A DNA stretch of 64,000 nt from Malacoraja senta (GCA_038087875.1 JAXLNO010000028.1:1-64000), one strand, 5' to 3'; positions 24,727 through 37,122 are shown, numbered from the stretch's first letter. The notes: a model not told the origin generated them from the letters alone. Numbers and translations: made by a program.

Positions 24727-26360
24727 GGTTGAGTATAGAAGTTGGGAGGTCATGTTGCAGTTGCATAAGAAGTTGGTGAGGCCGCATTCAGAGTATTTAA
24801 TTCAGTTCTGGGCACTATGTTATAGGAAAGATGTCATCAAACTGGAAAGGGTACAGTGAAGATTTACGAGGATGTTGCCAGGACTAGAGGGCCAGAGCTA
24901 TAGGGAGAGGTTGTGTAGGCTGGGACTCTATTTCATGGAGCACAGGAGGATGAGGGATGATCTAATAGAGGTGTATAAAATCATGATTTGAATAGATATG
25001 GTTGAGTCTTTTGTCCAGAGTAGGTGAATCGAGGAGCAGAGGACATAAGTTTAAGGTGAAGGGGAAAAGATTTAATAGGAATCTGAGGGGTATATTTTTC
25101 ACACAAAGGGTGGTAGGTGTATGGAACAAGCTGCCAGAGGTAATTGAGGCATGGACTATCGCAACATTTAAGAAACAGTTAGAGAGGTACATGGATAGGA
25201 CAGGTTTGGAGGGATATGTAGGTATGTTACAAAACTTACCTTCAGTCGCGCTGTAATTCTGCCACTGGCCGTGTGCGCGATTTTGGCGCCTTTAAGGGGG
25301 GGCGGGGTTAAAACGTGGGTTTCTCCTACCTTGTCCTGGGAATATTGTGTTGGAGTACAAGCGTTGGCTGACAAATCGTTCCTACCGGCGTTTTGTGAAT
25401 TTTTTATTTTTATTAAATCGTCAATGTCAGCGCTACAGTAATTTTAAAAGCAGCTCCTCAAGCGTCAACGCCGATAACGGGGACGGATTTCACACAATGG
25501 ACAGGTAAACGAAAGTGCTTTCTTTAATTTAAATGTATAAAAGTGCTTCTTAAGAAGCCTTTAATTCACATTTTGTCATGCGACACGGTGATTTTATTCC
25601 CCGAATTAACGGCAGTATTTTTCATGCCAATACGGGGTTAAATTCACCGCAAATCAACGTTCCAAATGATCGCGTTCCAGAAATCCTCACTCGCAAGATG
25701 AATTAAATGCCCATTAATTTACAGGTATTAAACATTCAATTCCTTCCATTTGGCCTGTAAATTCATGAAAATTAGATTTAAAAATTATGTTATATTGTGA
25801 ATTATTGTGTGAATGTTATTTGGACACTTAGGCTATTTAAAAATGTTAATCTATTCTTAAGAAATTGATAGATGTTTAGATCTAGTAATTGAATTTTGTA
25901 ATTAGCTACAATTAGGTAACTAACTAATTATATGCTTTACTTTCATGTCTTCGAAGTGAGATTGTTTCATATTTGTTTCAGAATGCTTCAATCTATAATA
26001 CCTGAAAATTTCTTTCAGTTACCATAATTTTTAAGAAAGTTATGGGCTTTTAACTGTCCTCGATCACAGCTTTTGTGTTAAGTCAATGGAAAAGCAATAG
26101 GGAACTAGATGCTAATTTCTGAGTATGATAATGGCCATAACCTTTTTAATACTGAAGATATGAAAGTGAATTAAGTGTCAAATTAAACTTCTTTTTATGC
26201 TTTATCTGATGGGATAAATTGCAGACTTTATTTTTAAAATCTCAAAATTTTGTAACATTGCTAGGATATGGGTCAAATGTGGGCAGGTGGGACTAGTGTA
26301 GATGGGACATGCTGGGCCGAAGGGCCTGTTTCTACACTGTATCACTCTATGACTCTATCT
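24727..26360 (+). mobile_element. CR1 3' fragment interrupted by a DNA transposon
   Basis: LVRPHSEY..FWAL and FFTQRVVGVWNKLP; the tail resumes at 26264 and ends ctctatgactctat. Confidence 0.75.
25219..26263. mobile_element. Non-autonomous TIR DNA transposon with a 7-bp TSD, superfamily uncertain
   Basis: TIR taggtatgttacaaaa / ttttgtaacattgcta; ggatatg at 25212-25218 and 26264-26270. Confidence 0.78.
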
Positions 26361-26817
26361 ATCTTTCCCTCTCAAACCCATTCTCCTGCCTTCTCCCCAT
26401 TACCTCTGACACCCGTATCAATCAAGAATCTATCAATCTCCTCCTGAAAAATATCCATTGACTTGACCTCCACAGCTGTCTGTGGCAATGAATTCCACAG
26501 TTCACCACCCTCTGACTAAAGAAATTCCTGCTCATCTCCTACCTAAAGGAATGTATTTTAATTCTGAGGCTGTGGCCACTGGTCCTAGACTCTCCCAGTA
26601 GTGGAAACAGCCTCTCCACATCCACTCCATCCAGGTGTTTACCAGGCTGGGACAGACTGCAACAGCTTCACACCGTGTTCCAAAGCTTGTGTCCTGTCCT
26701 GCATCACCCAAGGCAGCAGAGACGTTATAGGACAGGGCAAGCACCGTAACAAAGTAGCTCACGATGGTTTGGGTAACATTCAGGAATGTCTAGGCATGTC
26801 ACATCATGAATATTAAT

Positions 26818-27037
26818 GAAGAAGGGTCTTGACCCGAAATATAATCTATACCTTTTCTCCAGAGATGCTGCCTGACCCACTGAGTTACTTCAGCACTCTG
26901 TGACATGTCACCTATCCATGTTATCCAGAGATGCTGCCTGACCCGCTGAGTTACTCCAGCACTCTGTGAAACGTCACCTATTCATATTCTCCACAGATGC
27001 TGCCTGACCCACTGAGTTACTCCAGCATTGTGTCTAT
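26818..27037 (+). repeat. Three tandem ~66-bp units of the Penelope-like repeat
   Basis: Repeated tccagagatgctgcctgaccc(a/g)ctgagttactccagca; the first unit has a decayed hammerhead stem II. Confidence 0.8.
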
Positions 27038-27179
27038 TTTCCCTTCACCCATCTGCCCAAGCCCACTCTCCCCCCACTTTTGCTATGTTCCTTTCCCCCC
27101 ATAAACCTCTCTCTGCCTTCACATTTCACTCCTTTCAAATCTGCTCTACTTATCTACATGCATTTTCCTTCTAAACCTT

Positions 27180-27920
27180 TTAGTCATAGAATGATGCAGT
27201 GTGGAAACATGCCCTTCAGCCAAACTTGCCCACACCGACCAACATGTCCCATCTACACTAGTCCCACTCACACGCATTTGGCCCATATATCCATCTAAAC
27301 CTGTCTTATCCATGTACATGCCCAAATGTCTCTTAAACATTAGGATAGTTCCAGCCTTAACTACCTCCTCTGGCAGCTCGTTCCATACACCCACCACCCT
27401 TTGTGTGAAAAAGCTACCTCACAGATTCCCGTTAATTTCGGAAATATTGGTCATAAATTTGGTGCAAAAATGCTCCAAAATAAGGCTCAGGATGCATCAG
27501 AGAGCATCTAAAACCCCTGAGCTTCCAGGGCCCTTAAGCGGGCCCTGGACCCCGGCATTGAGGGACTTCACGCCTCGCGCTCGTGATGTGCACAGCGCAC
27601 ACATTATTTCACAATAACATTTTTGTAATCCTGTGATGCCACCCCCCTTTTTGAAAAGCTTCGTACGGGCCTGCACCCTATCTATTCCCCTCATGATCTT
27701 ATACACCTCTCTAAAGATCATCTCTCAGCCTCCTGCGATCCAAGGAATAAAGTCCTAGCTTGCCCAATCTTCCGTACAGATCAAGTCCTGGCAAGATCCT
27801 CGTAAATCTTCTCTGCGTCCTTTCCACTTTAATGACATCCTTCCTATAGCAGGGAGACCAAAACTGAACACAATACTCCAAGTGCAACCTCACCAACATA
27901 CTGTACAACTTAACATTCAT
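27180..27920 (-). mobile_element. CR1 3' fragment with an inserted, probably hAT-like end (27430-27672)
   Basis: LVRLHLEYCVQFWSP and VVGVWNELP peptides; an unrelated segment ending cgtacgggcctg lies in the middle. Confidence 0.7.
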
Positions 27921-28526
27921 CAGTTTTCTCCCTTCTACTTCAGTCTGAATAAGGATACCGGCCGAAAACATCATATGTCCATCTCCACAGATGCTGCCTT
28001 GCCTGCTGAGCCTCCACCACTTGTGATTTTTTTAAATTTCAATAATTTTCTGTTTTTATTTAAGATTTCCAACATTTGTGGTATTTTAGTTCTATAAAAC
28101 AAAAGCTTATAAAGAGATCTTACATTAACAAAACAAAATACATAGAATTGTTTCTGTTTTATTTCTCTGGGAAAGTGCAGAAGAATACTGGCCTTTTAAA
28201 AGACTGACTCTTTAATCAATAAAGTTATCCTTTTATTTTTGCAAGAAAGAACCAAAACACATTCATACGGCAGTGACTTAGCATTCCAACAACATGGATA
28301 ATTTCAGCCTCAAATAAAATTAATGCGGATCCTTACACTTTGGACAATTTTTCTCAAATTCAAAGATGGAAAGAGTGCCTACAAATTGATATAATTCAGC
28401 TGACAATCCATTATTTAATGACGGTGATATTGGTAAGGTGCTTGTTCTATTGTGTCCAAACGAACTTTAAACAAAACATTGAAAGATTCAGTAAAGTTGA
28501 GTTTGGATTCTCTCTGTAACACTTAC

Positions 28527-28666
28527 CTTCAAAGTGAGAAGTATGGAGAGGAATTTTCTCTTATCGCCAATTAACATGGCGTTACTAATCAGTGGCAGTT
28601 TACTCCTAACAGCATCCTCAATGGGGATCGGAGCTATATTCTCACCTCCAGCGGTGATTATCATCT
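28527..28666 (-). CDS. ACSBG2: ACSBG2-like coding exon (140 bp)
   Basis: ttttttaatcaaag|AG ... TTGAAG|gtaagt; encodes EMIITAGGENIAPIPIEDAV...IGDKRKFLSILLTLK. Confidence 0.94.
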
Positions 28667-28880
28667 CTTTGATTAAAAAACAAAATAAACAATACAATTA
28701 GTCATTTGACCAAAGTACTACCATCACTGTTAAATGAGTCACCGTTAAATTATCCAACATTCCAAATACTGCAGATACTGGAAATAAAAAATAAAAATGG
28801 AAGATTTGGAGGGAGAAACAAGGTTAACTATCAGGTCAACAAACTTTCTTCACAGCTCAAATTAAATGGTACAGTTTTGC

Positions 28881-30180
28881 CAGGCACGTGCCGTGAGTAA
28901 TTACTCAGGGTAGGCAGTCAGGCGGCTTTAAAAAAAAATCTTAAACCGCACATGCGCAGATTGTTCTCTCCTTAAAAATATAAAATAAAAATAAGTAAAA
29001 ATTCAATTTGCCCAAGGCTTCTAAATCTCCTTCATTTTTTAATTACTGAATGGGTGGGGGATGGAGGATGAAGGCAGGTGGAGAGATGGTGGGAAAAACG
29101 GGAGCACACCGAGACAAGTTGAATCAGTTGTCATCTTATTGAATGACAATACTAATTCAAGGGTCCAATTGGAGGGAGAGTTCCTTTCACAGCGTGTGGA
29201 GAGTCTGTGCCAGGGGTTAAAGATGCAGGGAGGGCAGGAGTGTTGAGAAGGAGGGGTTTGGAGATCATGTCAGACTCACTCACCGCTGCCACAGTGCTCC
29301 GGGCACAGACAGCAGAAATGGCCGCCACATCCAGGGAAGGAAGCAGCTCGGGTGACTGCGAGCAGCCGCCGGGACCCGACAGCAGAGCTGGCTGCCACTT
29401 CAGCGCCTTCTGCCGGCCCGCTCACCTCTGGCACTTCTGCCGGCCCGCTCATCCTTCGTCTGAACACCTCTCACCTGCCACTCACTGGCCTAAGTGAGGC
29501 CGGCGAGCGGCAGGAGAGAGGTTTTCAGACGGAGAGCACTGCCAGAGGTGTGCGGGGACCGGCAGAATGGGCTGTCCCGGCGGCCACGCGCAGCCACCCG
29601 AGCTACTTCACTCCCTGGCCACAATGCGTTGGCTCCGTGCCCGGAGCGACGCAAGTGGGTTACTGGCCCCGACCCCCTCCTTCACAACGCTCCTGCCTTC
29701 CCTGCAAATTTACCCCGGGCCAGACTCCCCAAACACTGTGAAAGGAGCTCTCCCCCACCCCGGGAAATACAGTATTTAAAAACATAAAGCACCAAGAAAT
29801 GTACTTACCCCACATTATCGGTACACAAACTCCATTCTTCTCTCTTTGCTTCCTAACATACCCTTCAGATAATGGCAATCCATATTTGAAAAACCCGCCA
29901 AGAAACTTGCGCTGTGCAATGGCAGAATTTCAGCTGCCTTCAGCTCCGCTTGAAATTGACGGCTTCCAGCAGCGCTGACAGCACATGGGCTGCACAGAGC
30001 TTCCCGTGTTACAAGTGCTGCGGTTGAAAGGCACGGAGAATTATGCCTACCTAAGAGATCGATCTCTTAGATAGGCATAATTCTCCCATGCCTTTACTAT
30101 TTATATTTAATGATTACCATGTCATAATTTTAGTCAGGGTAGGCAGTGCCTACCTTGCCTACCCTGACGGCACGTGCCTG
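28881..30180. mobile_element. Non-autonomous hAT DNA transposon (1300 bp)
   Basis: Perfect 14-bp TIR caggcacgtgccgt / acggcacgtgcctg; perfect 8-bp TSD agttttgc at 28873-28880 and 30181-30188. Confidence 0.9.
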
Positions 30181-30687
30181 AGTTTTGCAAAGATCATAAA
30201 ATGGAGCTAACTGGTAAATTTGTGCCAGTTCTTATAGATAATCAAATCTCAGAAGTATTCATATCCAGTAGTTAGATCAAAGCAATCATAGATCATCCAA
30301 TTATGCCATAGAATAGTGTTAGAAATCAGTTGATTAACAATTTATCACATCAATGTCCCCATTATTACACATATCAATGATTGAATTTGTAAATCACGCA
30401 TTGTTTTAGTTGATTTTAAATTGAGTAATATTCTGAAGAAGGTTATGTCCCTGATAACGTTCTCTCCCCTACACCGTTGCAGGAGGAGGAGTGGCGTCCG
30501 GGTGGTGAGTAGATAAACAGCACGGGGCTTTGCTTTCCAGACGCCCAGGGACCGTTGCAGGAGGAGGAGCCAAAACTGCAACGTTCCATTCAAGTTTCCT
30601 ATAAGTGAGGAAGCCACTGATTGGTGGAAGAGGACTAAGAGGAAGCAGCTGATTGGGAGTCAGATCCCTGCTGATTTCCTCCACCAG

Positions 30688-30926
30688 TTTGTATTGTATC
30701 CAGGGTAAGGCTTTGTGTTGTATCCAGGGTAAGGCTTTGTATTTTATGCAGGGTAAGGCTTTGTATTGTATCCAGGGGAAGGCTTTGTGTTGTATCCAGG
30801 GTAAGGCTTTGTATTTTATCCAGGGTAAGGCTTTGTATTGTATCCAGGGTAAGGCTTTGTATTGTATCCAGGGTAAGGCTTTGTATTGTATCCAGGGTAA
30901 GGCTTTGTATTGTATCCAGGGTAAGG
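30688..30926 (+). repeat. 24-bp tandem repeat (~10 copies) in the CR1 5'UTR
   Basis: Unit gtattgtatccagggtaaggcttt. Confidence 0.93.
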
Positions 30927-30933
30927 GGGGAGA

Positions 30934-31860
30934 ATGAGGGCCAGGGCAGTTTACTGTTCTGGATGTCAGATGTGGGAGGTCATGGAGTCTGATACCCCTC
31001 CAGACGTTCACATCTGCGTAGAGATGGGGTTCCTAAGGGACAGTCTTAGGAACCTGGAGCAGCAGCTCGATGACCTCTGTCTGATCAGGGAGAGTGAGGA
31101 GGTCATAGAAAAGAGTTATAGGGAGGTGGCCACTCCAAGACCACAGGAGGCAGACAAGTGGGTCACGGTTAGGAAGGGCAAGGGGCAGAGGCAGGGACTA
31201 GTGAGTACCCCGGTGGCTGTACACCTTGAAAATAAGTACTCCTGTTTGAGTACTGTTGGGGGGGACAGCCTTCCTGGGGGTAGCAACAGCGGCCGGGCCT
31301 CCGGCACAGAGAGCGGCCCTATAGCTCAGAAGGGTAGGGAAAAGAAGAGGAGGACAATAGTAATAGGGGACTCTATGGTTAGGGGGTCGGATAGGCGATT
31401 CTGTGGATGCAGTCAGGAGACCCGGATGGCAGTTTGCCTCCCTGGTGCCAGGTTCAGGGATGTGTCTGAACGCGTCCAAGATATCCTGAAATCGGAGGGA
31501 GAGGAGCCTGAGGTTGTGGTACATATAGGTACCAATGACATAGGTAGAAAAAGAGAAGAGGTCTTGAAAGGAGAATTTAGGGAGTTGGGAGGAGAGTTAA
31601 GGAGAAGGACCACAAAGGTAACAATCTCAGGATTACTACCTGTGCCACGCGACGGTGAGAGTAGGAATGGAATGAGGTGGAGGATAAATGCGTGGCTGAG
31701 GAACTGGTGCAGCGGGCAGGGATTCAAATTTCTGGATCATTGGGACCTCTTTTGGGGAAGGTGTGACCTGTACAGAAAGGACGGGTTGCACTTGAACCCG
31801 AGGGGGACCAATATCCTGGCGGGGAGATTTGCAAAGGCTACTGGGGAGACTTTAAACTAG
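30934..31860 (+). CDS. CR1 ORF1 protein (SGNH esterase)
   Basis: GDSMVRG, HIGTND and DGLHLN motifs; close homologue of 4992..5918. Confidence 0.88.
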   Translation: MRARAVYCSGCQMWEVMESDTPPDVHICVEMGFLRDSLRNLEQQLDDLCLIRESEEVIEKSYREVATPRPQEADKWVTVRKGKGQRQGLVSTPVAVHLENKYSCLSTVGGDSLPGGSNSGRASGTESGPIAQKGREKKRRTIVIGDSMVRGSDRRFCGCSQETRMAVCLPGARFRDVSERVQDILKSEGEEPEVVVHIGTNDIGRKREEVLKGEFRELGGELRRRTTKVTISGLLPVPRDGESRNGMRWRINAWLRNWCSGQGFKFLDHWDLFWGRCDLYRKDGLHLNPRGTNILAGRFAKATGETLN

Positions 31861-31865
31861 AACGG

Positions 31866-34809
31866 TTGGGGGGAGGGACTCAAATAGAGAAAGCTAGTGG
31901 AAAATGTGGGAGGCAGGAGGCAGAGAAGGGAAGCACTCGGACCCAAAATGTAGGGGAGAAAGAAGAAAAAGATAATAAACAGAGAATAAGTGGTGGTGGG
32001 TTTCTTAAATGTGTATATTTTAATGCTAGGAGCATTGTAAGAAAGGTGGATGAGCTTAGAGCCTGGATTGACACCTGGAAGTATGATGTTGTGACGATCA
32101 GTGAAACATGGTTGCAGGAGGGCTGTGATTGGCAAATAAATATTCCAGGATTTCGTTGCTTCAGGGGTGATAGAATTGGAGGGGCAAGAGGTGGGGGTGT
32201 TGCATTGCTTGTCAAGGAAGATATTAGAGCAGTGCTTTGGCAGGATAGATTAGAGGGCTCGTCTAGGGAGGCTATTTGGGTGGAACTGAGAAATGGGAAA
32301 GGTGTAGCAACACTTATAGGGGTGTATTATAGACCGCCAAATGGGGAGCGAGAATTGGAAGAGCAAATATGTAAGGAGATAGCAGATATTAGTAGTAAGC
32401 ACAAGGTAGTGATTGTGGGAGATTTCAATTTTCCACACATAGACTGGGAAACACATTCTGTAAAAGGGCTGGATGGTTTGGAGTTTGTAAAATGTGTGCA
32501 AGATAGTTTTTTGCAGCAATACATAGAGGTACCTACTAGAGAAGGGGCAGTGCTGGACCTCCTGTTAGGAAATGAGACAGGGCAGGTGGCGGAGGTATGC
32601 GTCGGAGAGCACTTCGGGTCCAGTGATCACAATACCATTAGTTTCAATATAATTATGGAGAGGGTCAGAACTGGACGTAGGGTTGAGATTTTGATTGGAG
32701 AAAGGCTAACTTTGAGGAGATGCGAAAGGATTTAAAAGGAGTGAATTGGGACATGTTGTTTTATGGGAAGGATGTAGAAGAAAAATGGAGGACATTTAAG
32801 GGTGAAATTTTAAGAGTACAGAATCTTTATGTCCCTGTTCGGTTGAAAGGAAATAGTAAAAAATGGAAAGAGCCATGGTTTTCAAGGGAAATTGGACACT
32901 TGGTTCGGAAAAAGAGAGAGATCTACAATAATTATAGGCAGCATGGAGTAAATGAGGTGCTTGAGGAGTATAAAGAATGTAAAAAGAATATTAAGAAAGA
33001 AATTAGAAAAGCTAAAAGAAGATATGAGGTTGCTTTGGCAAGTAAGGTGAAAGTAAATCCAAAGGGTTTCTACAGCTATATTAATAGCAAAAGGATAACA
33101 AGGAATAAAATTGGTCCATTAGAGAGTCAGAGTGGACAGCTATCTGCAGAGCCAAAGAGATGGGTGGAATATTGAACAATTTCTTTTCTTCGATATTCAC
33201 CAAGGAGAAGGATATGGAATTATGTGAGGTAAGGGAAACAAGCAGAGTAGCAATGGAAACTGTGAGATTCAAAGAAGAGGAGGTGCGGACACTTTTGAAA
33301 AATATGAAAACGGATAAGTCTCCAGGTTCTGACAGGATATTCCCTAGGACATTGAGGGAAGTTAGTGTAGAAATAGTAGGGGCTATGACAGAAATATTTC
33401 AAATGTCATTAGAAACGGGAATAGTGCTGGAGGATTGGCGTACTGCGCATGTTGTTCCGTTGTTTAAAAAGGGTTCGAAGAGTAAACCTAGCAATTATAG
33501 ACATGTTAGTTTGACGTCAGTGGTGGGCAAATTAATGGAAAGGATACTTGAAGATAATATATATAAGCATCTGGATAAGCAGGGTCTGATTAGGAACAGT
33601 CAACATGGATTTGTGCCTGGAAGGTCATGCTTGACTAAACTTCTTGAATTTTTCAAAGAGGTTACTAGGGAAATTGATGAGGGTAAAGCAGTGGATGTTG
33701 TCTATATGGACTTCAGTAAGGCCTTTGACAAGGTTCCTCATGGAAGGTTGGTTAAGAAGATTCAATTGTTGGGTATTAATGGTGGAGTAGCAAGATGGAT
33801 TCAACAGTGGCTGAATGGGAGATGTCAGAGAGTAATGGTGGATGGCTGTTTGTCAGGTTGGAGGCCGGTGACTAGTGGGGTGCCTCAGGGGTCTGTGTTG
33901 GGTCCACTGTTGTTTGTCATGTACATCAATGATCTGGTTGATGGTGTGGAAAATTGGATTAGTAAGTATGCAGATGATACTAAGATAGGTGGTGTTGTGG
34001 ATAATGAAGTAGATTTTCAAAGTCTACAGAGAGATTTAGGCCATTTGGAAGAGTGGGCTGAAAGATGGCAGATGGTGTTTAATGCTGACAAATGTGAGGT
34101 GCTACATCTCGGCAGTACAAAACAAAATAGGACGTACATGGTAAATGGTAGCGAATTGAGGAATGCAGTTGAACAGAGGGATCTAGGAATAACTGTGCAT
34201 AGTTCCCTGAAGGTGGAATCTCATGTAGATAGGGTAGTAAAGAAAGCTTTTGGTGTGCTGGCCTTTATAAATCAGAGCATTGAATATAGAAGTTGGAATG
34301 TAATGTTAAAATTGTACAAGGCATTGGTGAGGCCAATTCTGGAGTATGGAGTACAATTTTGGTCGCCTAATTATAGGAAGGATGTCAACAAAATTGAGAG
34401 AGTACAGAGGAGATTTACTAGAATGTTGCCTGGGTTTCAACAACTAAGTTACAGAGAAAGGTTGAACAAGTTAGGTCTTTATTCTTTGGAGCGCAGAAGG
34501 TTAAGAGGGGACTTGATAGAGGTCTTTAAAATTATGAGCGGGTTAGACAGAGTGGACGTGGATAAGCTTTTCCCATTGAGAGTAGGGAAGATTCAAACAA
34601 GGGGACATGACTTGAGAATTAAGGGACAGAAGTTTAGGGGGAACATTAGGGGGAACTTCTTTACTCAGAGAGTGGTAGCTGTGTGGAATGAGCTTCCAGT
34701 GGAAGTGGTAGGGGCAGGTTCGATATTATTCTTTAAAAATAGATTGGATGGGTATATGGACGGGAAAGGAATGGAGGGTTATGGTCTGAGTGCAGGTAGA
34801 TGGGACTAG
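31866..34809 (+). pseudogene. CR1 ORF2 (APE plus RT) with frameshifts near 32700 and 33160
   Basis: Three consecutive ORFs carrying FNARSI, VGDFN, SDH, GVPQGSVLGP and KYADDTK. Confidence 0.9.
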
Positions 34810-36202
34810 GGGGAAGTATTTTTTTTTTTTTTTTAAATTAAAAAAAAAATTAAAATGTTCGTTACGGACTTGAAGGGCTGAGATGGCCTGTTTCCGTGCT
34901 GTTATGGTTATATGGTTATATGGTTATGATGCAAGCTGAAGTGCAACTTATGTGATTGCAGACTTTTCTTCAAATGTTGTTTTGTTTGATTTCCCCATAT
35001 GAATTGTTTCACTTTTTATTTAAGTACAGTGCCCTTCTCCGGCAGACACCATTGTGATATCACAGTTGCGAATGCTGACACGTTAATACTTGTATGTTCC
35101 TGATGTTAGTTGATAAGGAGAGGTAGAATGGATACTACAGTTGCGGTGTTACTTTTGTTGCATTCTCAGTCATGAAATACAGCTTGTGTGAGAATATTAT
35201 TATAGTGAATTATGTATAATTGTTAAATTATATATATATTTATATAAATAATATAAATATATATTGTATATATACTATGTGTATATTTATATATGTGTAT
35301 ATTAATAAAATATATATAACATAAGTCTATAATGAAAATATCACACTAAATACATTTCCTTACAAATTTCTGAAATTTAGTTCCAATGTTGTTTCATTTA
35401 TTTTATGGGATCAGGACATTGCTGGAAAGGCCATTCAGCCCTAAAAATCTGATAATATGACAAGATGCTATACCAGATCAAGCTAGATTCCAAGTTGAAG
35501 TACACAGAAGTACGTTGAATGTAGAAAGCTTGCGTGCCATAACAGACTACAAAGTCAGATAGAACTACTGGCTACAACGCCTCCCTCCCCGACAGGCTTA
35601 GCAAATGCATTCCTGCTTAGAACAGGTAGGTGCAATAATGTCACCCTCCCTTGACAGCCTCGGGTGAAACTGCATCCACGATCACCGTCGCAGTTGTCAG
35701 ACGACCTTCCTTAAAGTGAACCTATCGAGAGCAACATGGAGTCCCCGGCTGTGTTGTTAGAACCTGCTTGGACCAGCTGGCAGGTGTAATCGTGGACATT
35801 TTTAACCTCTCCCTACCCCAATCAGAGGTTCCCACCTGGTTTAAAACCGAAGAAAAACTAGGTTCTCCCTGGATCCTCTGACATCCACCATCACGAAGTG
35901 AGTGAGAGCCGGGTCACGGCAACACTGCAGCCTAGCACCTCGTCTCCAGCTTTCTCCCCCCCCATTACAATCAGACTAAAGGAGGATCCCAACCCAAAGC
36001 ATCGCCTATCTATGTTCTCCAGAGGTGTTGCCTGAGCCACCGAGTGATTCCAGCACTTTGTGTTCTGTTCACATACCATTATTGTCTCAATAATCATGAA
36101 ATGACATTGAGAAAAGATAAGCGATCAGAGAACAATCATGAACCCGGCAAGCAGTCAAGTGTTGAAAGGATAAAACTGTCAGAAACAAAAAAGTTCTATT
36201 AC

Positions 36203-36420
36203 CTTTTATTCTGCCGGTAATGTACAGGTATCTCTCATTATCAAATTTTCCCAAGTCTCCAGAATGCAACCAGCCATCTTCATCCATGGTTGCTATGGTT
36301 TGCTCATCCATATTCAGGTATCCCATGAAGACATTTCTGCCCCAGAAACATATTTCTCCAACCCCATCACGATCTGAATTGGAAAGTTTAGTCTTGCACC
36401 CTTCCATATCCTTTCCACAG
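36203..36420 (-). CDS. ACSBG2: ACSBG2-like coding exon (218 bp), acyl-CoA synthetase signature region
   Basis: ctctcaccag|C ... ATAAAAG|gtaata; encodes CGKDMEGCKT...GEICFWGRNVFMGYLNM...DGWLHSGDLGKFD..YLYITGRIK. Confidence 0.95.
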
Positions 36421-36869
36421 CTGGTGAGAGATTATTAAAAAGAAAGCATTTCAGATGATTGCAGCACTTATCTGAAAATAAAACTAGTAAACAGAGGGTG
36501 GTGGGTGTATGAACGACCTGGTGGAGGAGGTAGTTGAGGCAGATAGTAGTGCAATGTTTAAAACATTTGTACAGGTACATGGATAGGACAAGGTTTAGAG
36601 AGGTATGGGCCAAACGCAGCTAGGTGGGACTAGTGTAGTGGGACATGTTGGTCAGTGTGGGCGTTGGGCCAAAGGGCCTGTTTTCACACTGACTCTATGA
36701 TCTGAGCATCAGATAATGAGCAATGAAATGTTTAAATAATGCTACAAAGTCAAAAAAAGGCACAGATGCCAGAAAGGCTGACATAAAAGGCTAGAAATAA
36801 ATCATTAGGTCAGGCCACATGGTCATAATATTATCCCCAAAGACAAAAAAGAAGTTATGGTTTAAGGCT

Positions 36870-36957
36870 AAGATAGACACAAAATGCTGGAGTAACAGGC
36901 AGCATCTCTGGAGAAGGAATAGGTGACATTTTGGGTCGAGACCCTTCTTCAGACTGG
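36870..36957 (-). mobile_element. Decayed copy of the Penelope-like hammerhead repeat
   Basis: The minus strand reads cagtCTGAAGAagggtctcgacccAAAATgtc, with GAAAC mutated. Confidence 0.7.
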
Positions 36958-37122
36958 TTTAAGGCTGTTGACCACAGGTTAAATATCAAAATATCAAAAG
37001 CAGTGGCAAGTTGATAGGAAAGAAAAACAAAATACTGAAAATACTCAAAGCAGTCCTCTCATCAGCTGGAGTGTGGTCCTCACCTCCCATCTACCTCATT
37101 GGAGACCTTTAAACTATCTTTT

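Larger units (their letters stand above)
30470..34927 (+). mobile_element. Full-length CR1 LINE (family A)
   Basis: 5'UTR, esterase ORF1, ORF2 with two frameshifts and (ttatatgg)n tail. Confidence 0.93.

Noticed and set aside
29207..29787. Overlapping GC-rich ORFs inside the hAT element
   Set aside because: No transposase motifs; open frames are expected from the high GC content.
30469..31011. ORFs with PWIQYKAL / YCIQGKAL repeats as real proteins
   Set aside because: They are a by-product of the 24-bp tandem repeat.
35225..35320. AT-rich tract as a functional element
   Set aside because: Degenerate (TA)n low-complexity sequence.
11236..36420. Assignment as ACSBG1
   Set aside because: SCGK, CN..TGEP.D and SNAQ fit ACSBG2 better than the ACSBG1 motifs as recalled (SSGK, RPYHIQ); not checked by alignment.
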